From contig CM106585.1 of the NCBI GenBank assembly GCA_048013815.1, positions 5,580,001-5,644,000 of the forward strand: a stretch of 64,000 bases of DNA, read 5' to 3'. Made by a program: the position numbers and the translations under genes. Below the pieces are notes generated by a model, which saw nothing but the letters and a program-made list of their open reading frames with translations, did not search any database and was not told where the DNA came from. This document shows, one piece after another, positions 45,830-57,500 of the stretch (within the stretch, counting starts at the first letter, position 1; each line of letters opens with the position of its first letter). The DNA comes from Setoptus koraiensis (lineage: Eukaryota; Animalia; Arthropoda).

Positions 45830-46247
45830 TTTGAGTATTTTCGGTATTTGTTTGCTTATATTTTGCTAGCTAAAATTGTTCTGATTCGAGTAGCTTGTGT
45901 TTTGATTCGAGTAACCTGTGTTTTGCTTCGGATCACTTTGTGTTTCGCTTCAATTAACGGTTGCTGTCGATGCTTTCGTACGCAAAAGTCACGTGGCTCA
46001 AGCACTGTCTACGGGGCGATCAATTTCGCTCTCGAACTGACATATTTCTGTGGCTCTGTAACTTGTCAACTTGTTGTTTGTTTATTCGTTTAGCACTTGT
46101 TGCCACTTGCCAAGCGATCACTTGTGTGTATCACTAAATGAACAGCTCGCTAAATAGACTCGCTTGTTGCCAATGACGTCAGCTCACTATGATGATCAAC
46201 ACGATGATGCAATTTGACTAAGCTGGTCGGTGCTCGTCGTTGTTGTT

Positions 46248-46352
46248 GTTGCCGATGTGTGGCTGTTGCCGATGTGTTGTTGTTGCCGATGTGTTGCTGT
46301 TGCCGATGTGTTGCTGTTGCCGATGTGTTGCTTTTGTTGCCGATGTGTGGCT
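46248..46352. repeat. 17-bp minisatellite x6 (GTTGCCGATGTGTTGCT)
   Basis: Units at 46248, 46265, 46282, 46299, 46316 and 46336. Confidence 0.9.
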
Positions 46353-46638
46353 GTTGTTGCGCCGCGGTAAATGGTGCTGTGGCGTAATAAATCGATCACG
46401 ACCAACTTGGCGACAATTAATGTAATTATGTGATGAAATGCGACGAGACGCAAATGACGGCACGCACAAATTGTTGGATTGGATTCGTTTGTTTTGATGC
46501 TGAAATTGCTGCAATTGATGAGGTTTTCCTCTTGCGATGCCGTGTGTCAAATGGAACGACGATCAAGGTCGCGCGCGTCGCTTGAGCCGGATTGTCGAGC
46601 TGTTTTTTACCCCGTTTGTTGGCTCGTCTTGATATTAA

Positions 46639-46672
<34 letters not shown>

Positions 46673-46869
46673 AGTCAGTCTGTTTTTTCTCTCTTCTTAT
46701 CTGACTTCAAGTGAAACAAAATTTGCTGCTTTCGTGCACTGCACAAGTAAATTGCACTGTTCGAGCACTTTCGCCCGACTTTGTTGTTGGCTGCTTGTTG
46801 GCTTGGCGACTCGATTACACCAACCACTAGGCTGATTTCTGCTGAATAACAGGTGCCTATTATTAGCTG

Positions 46870-46891
46870 CTTAGGCAACTTGTTGCCTAAG
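46870..46891. repeat. Perfect 10-bp inverted repeat CTTAGGCAAC-TT-GTTGCCTAAG
   Basis: Read directly from the sequence. Confidence 0.85.
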
Positions 46892-47239
46892 TGCCGTGTT
46901 GTCTTGAGAAGCGTGCTTCGCGGCTTTGAGCGACAGCAATCAGTTGACAATCAGTTGACAATTTGTTGACTCGGCTCTCTCGGTGAGCTGACTGAACGCG
47001 CTGAAAGGATTGAATTCAACTACAAAATAAAATTGTTTGAGCCCTTCGTTTGAGCGATTATCTCTGTCTGTACGTTGCTAGTGATGCATAGTTGCGCTTG
47101 TCGTTGTGCCAACGTTGTCAAGTGTGTTGCGATAATTATAGCTAACTGGACTGAAGAGGGCCAATTGCCGAAATGAATCGCTCAAGCTACTGCCACTTGC
47201 CAGCCGAGTGGATGGGATGCGCTGCCGGTTACACTGTTC

Positions 47240-47325
47240 GTTGTTGCCGTTGTTGTTGCCGTCGTCGTTGCCGTCGTTGTTGCCGCTGCCGTCGTTGTTG
47301 CCGTCGTTGTTGCCGTCGTTGTTGC
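47240..47325. repeat. Degenerate 12-bp tandem array (GTTGCCGTCGTT)
   Basis: About 6-7 units; produces the low-complexity ORFs 47078..47410 and 47173..47385. Confidence 0.85.
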
Positions 47326-49358
47326 TCGCTCGCTCGCTGTTGTAATACCAATTATAAGCGACAAACGAATAAACAAACAAACTAACGAGCCAACAGATAG
47401 GGTGAAACAACGACGTGCAAATCGCTCGCTTGAGTCGCTGCAGATCGGGCTAGCGCGTCGTATCAGTCAGTATCGGGCCTGGCATTGATTTTCGTCTGAA
47501 AGTCGCTCGCTGTGACGCGCTCGCTATCATTTTTCGCCGTCTGACTCGCTGACTCGCCGACTCGCTGGCTGGAATTTTCTCTGCCTCTCTCGCGGCCGGC
47601 CCTAAATCTCGGCTCTAAACTGAATCTTGTCGCAATCTGAGCCCAGCTCACGTGAGTCTATTCCATTATTATTCTCTGTGGTTGCGCTTGCAGCGGCACC
47701 GGCTCCAAATGAGTTCGGCGGTGCTATTTTTAAAAGATATCAATAATTCAAGTTCATCAGCACGCCATCAGCACAACGAAGCCAACAGTCGCCGCCTCTA
47801 TCAAGTTCAATGCCTGGCCTGTGTACGATAGTGCGAGCTTAGATAGAACGCGAACAAGTTGCACAAAAGTTGATTTCTGGTTTGTCGCTGATCTCGGCTC
47901 ACCTGTTCGAACGCTTCGAACGTTCGAACCGCCAAAGGCGGCTCTTGCTCGCTCGCTCGCTCGATCGCTGCCAGCCAGGCTCGGCCGGGGCTGGGGCTGG
48001 GCAGCGGCAACAAGTGTCTAAGTTTAGACTTTTCTTGCACAGCTCGTCGGCGGCTCACACACATTAAATCAGATGTGAGCCGAGATCTCGGCTTTGTATC
48101 TTTGCTGGCTTGCACAAACCATCTCATACACACATCGTGATATTGAACTTTCCTTCCTAGTCGCTGAGACTGGCATTTCCTACTCCGACTCTCGAACTCT
48201 CTTAGCCATCCGGAGATTTGCGCTGCCACCAATGGCCTTCTGTTGATTCTGTTGATTGTGTGGTGGCCACTGGCCGGCCAACAACCACGGCGACACGCTG
48301 ACTTTTGGCAGCGCCTTCTCTGCTAAAGTACATGGCTACTTTTTTTCTATCGCTGTATTTCCTTCGCTGAAATGCACCGATAGAAACCTATGATCAGCTG
48401 ATACAATTAGCTGATTAATAATCAGTGATTATGCTGTTTCTCTCTCTCGTTGGGAGCCTGTGAGTGTTGTTTGGTGAGGTCATTTCTACTCCTTTCGGCG
48501 GCCTCTCTCGCCAAACAAAACTGCCAACTGACCGCAGCAGCCACAGCGATTGTGGGGTCAATGGACCGTGCTGTCCATTGCGAGCTACAAGTTGCGACGC
48601 CTAGCAGCCAAATTCAAATTACGACACAAATCAAGGCTGCTTTTATTTTTATAATCGTCGCTCAAGATAATCACAATAATGGTGGCAGCGTGATAATGCG
48701 GCCGTGCTGCCACTGACGATGCCATTAATCACTAATTAACCGTCTGTGTGTGCTCAGTGCCGAAATAAATCAGTGCCGGAAAATCAGCGATCCAGCGGCA
48801 GTCAGCGGGAATGGCGCTGTTGTGATGACGCTCGCACGAGGCCGCGCATGAGTCAAGCTCCGGCTGGCTGACATGAAGGATAATCAACGAGAATTTCAAG
48901 TGCGAATGCAGCGACTGGCCAGAAAAAGCCCAAGACGCGCGCGCGAAAAAAAAACTCGCACACTCGACAATTTTTCGATCCACTGACTCCAGCGAAAATT
49001 CCGTCGGCGGTGACGCGCTCACTCGGGCTTGATTGGCATCTCCAAATAGAGGGACACTTGATTAGCTAATTAATCAATTGTATCCTTTTCTTCTCAGAGC
49101 GCTCGCTCTCAAATTGTGTCGTCACTGGCGCTCACTATTAATGATGGCAAGATCATCGCAGCCACAAATAGTAATGATGAGTCACGCGGTGCCAATATTG
49201 TATCAGAGTCGCACTTGTTATCGCACACAGCGAGTCGCACTTGCCAGCCAGCCAGCACCAACGGCTGATATATTTGCTGTCTCGCTATTCATGTAAAAAC
49301 GCTGGGTATATACACTGGTTGTTGTTTGTGGGCTTGTCCAAATTTTTCAATTCAACAA

Positions 49359-49828
49359 CAAGTGTACGCAAGTGCACCAACTAGCCAAGTGCAACGTAAA
49401 AGGCTTACGTATGTAGAGTATTATGGCCTCGATCTGTCCTCGAATGCAATAACCTGTTTACTCGGCTAGTTTATCTACTTATAATAATGATAGCAATGGT
49501 AATAATAGCAACCATGATAATAATACTCGATTAAACAAAACAACCTAAGCAAGGGTTATCATGCATTCGCTAGAAATAAAGGTATAAAGGTAAATGACTT
49601 GCCAGCTTGCCAACTCGCGCACTGCCGTACAAATAGTTGTTGGTCGTCGTCGTCGTCGTTTAGTGACGGACATGCTCGATTTCCTATTTCCACTATCCAC
49701 TTTGCATTATTAGATGATTACTATTATTAGTGCACTCCTGATATTCACAAGTGATATGCGGTCGTTGCATCAGAGTACATTTCATTTTCGTGTGCTTCCC
49801 GAACTACAGTCCAGAGACACGGACATTT
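49359..49828. repeat. Non-coding duplicated segment, copy B
   Basis: Aligns to 40999-41381 and 42133-42200. Confidence 0.9.
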
Positions 49829-49925
49829 CGAGTAGAACAAGTATTTCGTGGTTGAACGTTTCACTTACCACAGCGCGAATTTGTCTCATCGCGGATTGTA
49901 TTTCCGTGCCGGCCTGATGCGACTT

Positions 49926-51770
49926 TCAGGCCCCTGGTTTCCGTGTCCACGCTGGATACTCTTCGGCTTCTTCTTCATCGCCAGATTCGCCTTTGGTTAC
50001 GTTTTCTACTTCTGAATCTTCTATATCCGATATGTTGTGTCTTAACCAAACTATTACATCAAACATGTCGGATATAGATGGGGGGTATAGTTTGGGGGGT
50101 TCCTCCCTCGGTCGCGACAGAGATAGACCCGGCTGGCCAAAACACGACATCAAATGCAATCAATGAGTAGAGACAGGCAAATAATGCCTGACTTAGTGAT
50201 GAGTCCAAGCTCACGCCACTGAGGTGGTGAGATAATTGCCCTAATACATCCATCATTACTGACTTGTGATAACTATTCATTTTGTTACTATGATGTATAC
50301 CATGATTGATGGAGGAATTCCTAAGTTGTTTTGCGGCTACAACAGAAGGATGAGAAACTAATGAGTTCATAATACTATATATAAATATAGATACCCATCG
50401 CCTGAAATTCGTATAATCTTCCGTTATATATTATCGCAACCAAAGTTATAGTAATGGGACAGGACATTTTCATTGGCCAACCAGTAATTGCCTGATTCTG
50501 ATCGGTCGCGTTTCCATTCTTCTTCACTCATCCTCAAGCGCCAACCAAAAATTTCCTTGCCGTCGACAGAATATATCAAGTTTTTAGAAAAAATTATCAA
50601 AGATAATGTCCCATCCGACAGAATGGAGAGGTATGTGGACTCTCACCGGGACCCCACCGTCAGAGACCCTTCCCTTCAAGTAGATGAAAATAATATAGCC
50701 TGGCGGCTTCAGGAAACAAACTATACAAATCTGAGATGGTGACTGAGGCTTCGAGTAAAACCACTAAGAAGTTATTTGAGCTCAAAGTACAGGCAAAAGA
50801 AAAACTCTTTACAAGTCGAAAGTTCTTGACCAAGATCATATTAAATATCAAAAAATCCTGCAAAGTGTTTGAAATCCATCGTTTTACCACAACTCTTCAC
50901 CACTCACGCAGTCGCATTCGGTTATTCGGAATCGGGGTGGGTCGGAATGACAATTCATTCTTATGAATGACTCGTCCAGTGTCTGACCACACGGGAACGC
51001 CAGGAGAAAATATGTCATGTCGTTCGTTATGTACTCGTTCCCATCGTACGGTCGATATTTGTTGTTGACACTCTGGCAGCAGATAACCTGTGTAAATTTG
51101 CGACACGCGATCCTCCAAATCACGTATCGCTTCTGGAAGGGTGATGGCTATAAGTATGTAACGAGCAGTGCTTTCTTTGTAATGCGATTCAGCTTGTTCG
51201 CCGCTGATAATTGTTGGCACGTTAATATTTGGCAATGGGCCGTAGTATTGATCGAGAACGGCGTTCCCAAAGTGTTAAAGAGTCTAACCAGTTCGTCTAA
51301 ATCGCCAGGCTCTCATATTGTCACCGATAGACTCTCCAAATTACGAAATGAGGTGAGAGCGGCACTCATCCCGTGCATAACAGATAATAACAGATTTTAC
51401 ATGCATTTTCTCATAGCGCGCAGCGGCTCCTGGGTGCTAGAAAAAGCCAAAATATCTCGCTAACCAGGGGGCGAAAAACGGGAAAAGCCGACAACGTTTC
51501 CTGTTCGGGGATTGCGCTGAACGCGTTTCGGTAGCTTAGAATCGAATTTGGGTGTGACAGCTGTGAGCCTTACTTTGTTAGATGAAGAGATTTTATAATG
51601 GATTTGCACGATATGCGATATGTCCCGTCGGATTGTTATGTCAGTTTCTGTCACAATGGTGAGCCTATGCAAGACTAACGCTACTGGAGTCTCCCAAGTT
51701 GGGATCCCGCTCGCGCCATAACAACGGTGGCCAGTGATGGCAAATTTGTGGTGGATATTGGTCAATTAGC
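49926..51770. pseudogene. Unidentified coding-like island with interrupted frames on both strands
   Basis: No microsatellites. The minus frame 51235-50660 has a single TGA. Protein-like stretches include SKNLIYSVDGKEIFGWRLRMSEEEWKRD (-), DIEDSEVENVTKGESGDEEEAEEY (-) and MDLHDMRYVPSDCYVSFCHNGEPMQD*RYWSLPSWDP (+). True strand unresolved. Confidence 0.35.
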
Positions 51771-53082
51771 ACATTGATCGCTCAATTGATGCTTGGTAAC
51801 GGTGACTATTTTGGTCAGTTTACACAGCTTACAGTAGTTCTCAGTTGTCAGTCAACCAGATTGAAGTACATGATATAGTGGTGTTATAACGAGTTTAATT
51901 AGATGAATTGAATTTCCACCGGCACACTGACTGTTCGACATCATTACGTCAGAATGCGCAAATACGAACACACTTTTGATTGAACTAATTCTAATTCTAA
52001 TTTTCAGCAACAGCGACCACACACCAGCAGGCGCCAAGCTGTTGGATCAGAATTGAGACGCCATTGCGGCAATCGATGTTGCGACATCAATGGTTGATAC
52101 TATCAACTTAATAGTGACAAAATCAGACTGCGAAGCAACAATTCACTTGTTAGCTTGCACACATGATGCAACAACTCATACGTCATCGTTTATGGATCGC
52201 TCGCGCCAACTAACCGGCTAATTGCGCAATGAATTGGTTGTGAAAGGTTGCGAGGAGCGAAGATCCACTGGCTGTATCTTTAATTGAAATGATTTGAATA
52301 GATAACGCGCACACCATTCAACGCCGTCCATACTCGACACAACAGCCTGCCACAGTAGACAATATGGAGCACAAATTGTTGCGATTGCGTGCCCAGTGAA
52401 AGTGACTGACAACATCACCTGGACGGTGATGTTGTCAGCGAGCTTCTTTATTGTGGAGCTTCTTTATTGAGTGCCAGAGTGCAAATGATGAGCGGTGGTG
52501 ACAACTGGAGCACAAATATCCTTTGTGTGCCGGTCTGGTTATTTTGTTGCCACAAGTTGTTGTTGTTGTTGTGTGATGAGTGTGCTCACAAAAAAGTCTC
52601 TCTCATTATGATGGATCATGAGCTTGAATTCACGATCATCGCCATCATTGTGCCAGTTGAGCTAACTATCACTCAGTTGTGAATGATCATCATGACAATA
52701 AGTTTGCATTAATTTAATAATAACTACAAACCAGAAATGGTTTTCATTGGACCACAATCCAGTTCGCGATGATTGCCATTCAGCATCACGCACTGTCATT
52801 TGTTGTTGTTGTTGTGTCTGTTTTAACCCTTGGCTAGCCCACCAATGACTTCCTAACCGATTTGCATTGTCAGTTTTATCGGGCCATTGCTTCAGCGGCC
52901 AGCGATCGCACCCTCAAAATTGTTCAACTGAAATGCATGCATTCTCAGTCAGCAAATCCATGTCGCACCCACCAGTACCGATAAATCGCCAGCGATAAAT
53001 GCAGGCACAAATGAGACAGTCGCTAAGCAACCCACTGCAACCAATATTATCAACTGTATACTGAAACTGTTGTTGCATCACA

Positions 53083-54226
53083 ATGCAACCTATAATTTTC
53101 AATGTCATAATAAGTGTGCTGGCACTATTATCTATAAAATGCTCAACATATCTCAACCACATAGCTGCTCAACAGCAAGCCATTATCAGTTCATGCGACC
53201 GGATAAGATTTGTGTCGCGCAACAGTTGGTCCGCTCGCGCCAACCAAAGTCCAATGCAACCCTTTGTCTCAGTGCCATATAGAGTGTTCATACATCAAGC
53301 TTGGGACGGCCAGACGTGCCAAGATATTGACTCTTGTATCATACGAGTGAGATCAATCCAGGCCAACAATATGTTCAACAAAGGATGGCCTGATATAAGT
53401 TACAATTTTCTCATAGCGGGCAACGGCGCTGTGTTCGAAGGGCTCGGTGAGTAGAACGGAAATAACTAAACCACTAAAGTGCGCAAAAACAAATGATAGG
53501 AATTGATCGTAACAAATACCGATGGATTTTTTTTTCTTAGGTTGGGAAGTTCGCGGATTTCACACACTCAATTATAACGAGGAGTCTATTGGAGTTGCTT
53601 TCATTGGAACGTTTCAAGATGTTTTCCCCAACGCCAGAATGGAACAAGCGCTCAGGGATCTAATTGATTGTGGAGTGCAACGCCGCCTGCTAGATCCCAA
53701 CTATCTGTTGCATGGTCATCGAGACGCCAGATGCACCATTTGTCCGGGCAGTGCGCTGTATTCGCGACTAGCCACTTCATATGCTCGCTTCCAACCTGGC
53801 CCACTGCAAAAGTATAGCTGTCCAGTGAGCGGTACCTTGGATCAATTGCCACCAGGAATCACGGGAATCACGGGCGGCGCAATTCCCACAGTTCAGCAAC
53901 AGAGAATACCTGTTGCGAATGGAGCGACGCCCAATAACATAGTTAACCAAATGGTGTTCAAGGATGACAATGATAGACTTGTTGCAAGTCAAGGATCTTC
54001 CAATAGACCTCAACCATTCTCTGTTGGCACAAACGATAGCAGCAGACAGACAAGTACAGACCAGCCCAGAGATATCATATCATTCAGGCCATACAAACTG
54101 GAATCATCAGCGCCGCAAAGACCGACAAACGATCCAACCCGCTTAGTGATTGACGCAACGAGTCCTCAAAACATCACAGTATCAATTGTAAATATAACAG
54201 CATTCGGCAAGAGACTCGTGAGATGA
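53083..54226 (+). CDS. PGRP: Secreted amidase-type peptidoglycan recognition protein with long C-terminal extension, 349 aa; exons 53083-53446 and 53541-54226
   Basis: Signal peptide; VSRNSWSAR, VFIHQA, GWPDISYNFLIAGNGAVFEGLG|WEVRGFHT, SIGVAFIGTF, HGHRDARCTICPG; 94-bp GT-AG intron. Confidence 0.93.
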
Positions 54227-54502
54227 TCGACAATTCGATATAGTAATTTGTGCGCATCCAAGATGCACCTTGACAACAAAATCACATACTCTTGTACATA
54301 TAAGGATTTGTCGAAGATCATGCAAACAAAACGAATATTAAAGAATTAACACTGATTGATAAACGGTTCTCTCTAATACATTCGTATACAAGGGGACTTG
54401 GCTATCTTGTAGATACTAAGTCGTATTGCCTTTGGATTTGGGTTGTGCGTAAACACTCTTTTTACAAATTCTTGGAATTTATCATAAGATAATACATATA
54501 CT

Positions 54503-57500
54503 TCACTTCAAATTGATCCTAAGTAGTTTGAAGTTCATAAGGACGTGTAAGAAGACCATGATTATAAACAGCATGATGTCTGGTCTGACATTTTTCGGAG
54601 TCGAGCTGTATATTGGACAATATGGACATTGGTAGGAGCCGCAAACGTGACATATACTCAGTGCGTGTAAATTGTACGCTGATAGCATAGTCTCATTGAA
54701 GTGTTCTGTGGATTAGAAGTGAATAGTAGGCATTATTAGTTTTATAATACACTAGTAATTATTAGTATTTGGATAGAAACTGTATTCCTTACCTGGTTCG
54801 TAGTATTCATAAACTCTGATAGGTAGATAACGTGTCATATTGGCAACTGGAAACCATCGTTGTAGGGTAACTAGTGTACAGCTCAAACGTTCAGATTCGA
54901 ACTATATGAATGGAGAGATTTTTAGAAAGAGATTAGAAGTTGTTATTATTACATGAAAGGCTAGAATGGATTTTTCCAGTCTGTCGACCAGCACTTACAT
55001 AATCAAAATAATAATAAATCTTTCGTTCTGCAACTCGAGCTTCACGTAAATTTCTCTGATTACTGGTGTTCACATAGGAGTCCAATCTATTCTGAGTAAT
55101 CTGGTATCCGGTGGGTACTGGAACTTCTAGGACGGCCATACCTGAGCGCGGGCTCTCACTTGTCAAAACCCATCTAACGCACACCTCCATCATCAGATTA
55201 GAGCTATTGCGACCACTATAGGTAGACTTCACATTCAAGTCAAACGCCTTTACTGGCGGGGGTATTTGCAGTTGGGGCCAATCTACATTATATTTCAATT
55301 CCAACCCCATCAAAATAATCCCCGGTCCTTCTACGGTAACTTCAAGGATACCATGAGCTTCACCAAATTCTATTGTCTGCAAAGTAGATACGTTACCCTC
55401 ATTTATGTACAATTGATAATTCTTTCTAGAACCTGGGTCATCGACGGTCACTTTGATGTTCGTTACAGAACGCTGGTCATTCTTAATGGAATATACCATC
55501 AAAGCTCGCAAGGCTGCCAATGTGTCTTGAGTTGATGCCCAACCTCCTACACTCATACGCTGACGATTTAGCCACTCAACAATGTCCGCTTGGTACGGCA
55601 TCTGTATCTGTTTCTCAACGAAGGTCATTAGCGCATATGAGGTTGTTTGTACGCTACGTGCATCATACCTGCCTTTTTTCTTTGGGTATATTAATTGACG
55701 ATTGTTTATAATGACTGCACTGTCGTGAAGTACATTTTCCGGAGCCCAGTATTTCATGCCGTCTTGTTGTCGCATTTGCTTTATAAGATGATCGTATGCT
55801 TCATCTGACGATATTGAATCCACCACAGTCAATGCATAACTCAAGAGAGCCAAGTCGAATGGATCTCGAGCAGTTTTGATCATTGTTTTCTGCAGCATTT
55901 GTTCTAGATATTTCTGGGCATTTATCTTAGCTATAGTAACGCGACCGCTTTGACCAAGACCTCTCTCACCGACGAGATGAAGAGTTATCAATACATGAGC
56001 GGTCAACGAAACATTTTTGATTCGTGAGTTTTCGTAACGATCATCCTGCCACCTGATGCTGCCTTCCATCTTCCTGTCATAAGCATATGGGTGCTGCTCG
56101 ATGAAAAATCCATCTTTGGTTTGTTTTGACACAAGCCAAGATACAGCACGATCAATAACCTCTGGGTCAATATAGATATGATTTTCCCATTCTTGTTTTG
56201 TTGCTTCGTGCAGTTCCCGGATCACCAAAGCCGTCAGCCATACGCTTGGCTCTTGGGAGGATTTGAAAAGTCTGAAAGACCCATCCTTATTACGAAATGT
56301 CAGTTGACGTTGATATAGTAGAGTTAAGTGCTTAAATACCTCTTTTCTAAGGTCAGGTGTGTCTTGATTTGTTTTTCTCAGATACGAGATAGACAGTAAG
56401 TTGATAGCAAAGTTGAATATGTTTTGCTCGGCACCATCAAAAGGTAATTTCAATATACTGTCAGAGTCAACTGGGATCGGCAAAGGTCCGGGATAGTCTC
56501 CACCAAAAGACATTCTACCCTGATTTGAGCCAAATATGTAACGTCGCATATTGTCATACTTTACTACCGGAGTTTCAGTAATATTGGTGTCCAAGTATTT
56601 ATGACAGTAAGAACCCTGACTAAGATCACAATTGAATGACGTGTATGTACGCTGGGGTAAGCCATCAGCTTCAACTTTCAGGATTTTCGTCACCGACTTC
56701 TTTGCCACTTGTGTAGTTGCCGTTATTGTCACATTAATTTGTCCTAATCTCTGAGCTACAATTGGTATGTATACAAAAGATGTCTCACCTGTATTGACTG
56801 CGATTAAATGCTGGTGCTCTCCAAAAGAAGTTTCAGGGTTGTAAGAGGCTACCTCGCCATTTTCGCCCACATGGACGAATTTGTAATCAATTGAATCAGC
56901 TAAAGTGATCATAACTTCTATTTCTTCAGAGACAAAGTTGGTCACTAAAGCTCTCACCCCGATTTGTTCACCAAGATTGCATGTGTTGGGCATTTCTATC
57001 TTTACTATGAATGGTCTCAAGCTCGATACTTCCATAGGTTCTTTCATAATACCTATACCGTGCTGACCGCTCATTGAAAAAGCCCCGATAGACCAAGTGG
57101 ACACAACTGTAGGTAAAGGGACCGTGAATATGGAGTAGCCATTTGGTCCGATATTAACATCTTTCCAAAGCCAGTTGTTCTCGTAGAGTCCTTGCAAACG
57201 ATTAAATCTGTGCAATCGGTCACTTGTTCTTGTATCGGTCCAACTTGACAATGCCAGGTCACACGCACTCTCGTCTGAATTGTCACCGCAATCATCTTTA
57301 CCATTACAAGTCTGGGTTGTAGCATTATAGCAAACGGATGTTGAAAGGCAGGCTGTCATACCATTCGGACATTTGCTCCACGGCCTCTTAGCTATGAATG
57401 CATCAGTGAAAACAATAAGCCCTGAATTCATTAGCATCGTGCTTGTATCGATTCCTTGTGAGGGTGATGGAAAATTGATGATATCCTTTATAGAGCCTTC

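Noticed and set aside
46248-46352. Regular 17-bp repeats as a CRISPR array
   Set aside because: Units are directly adjacent with no unique spacers, the context is eukaryotic, and there are no cas genes; it is a minisatellite.
46750-46770. AATTGCACTG resembles the miR-92 family seed
   Set aside because: The upstream arm pairs only in two short patches; no credible hairpin.
47078-47410. Asn/Gly-, Cys/Arg- and Thr-rich ORFs
   Set aside because: These are alternative readings of the 12-bp tandem array.
51460-51765. YGASGIPT as viral RdRp motif B
   Set aside because: No motif A (DxxxxD) or GDD/SDD at appropriate spacing in any frame I could read.
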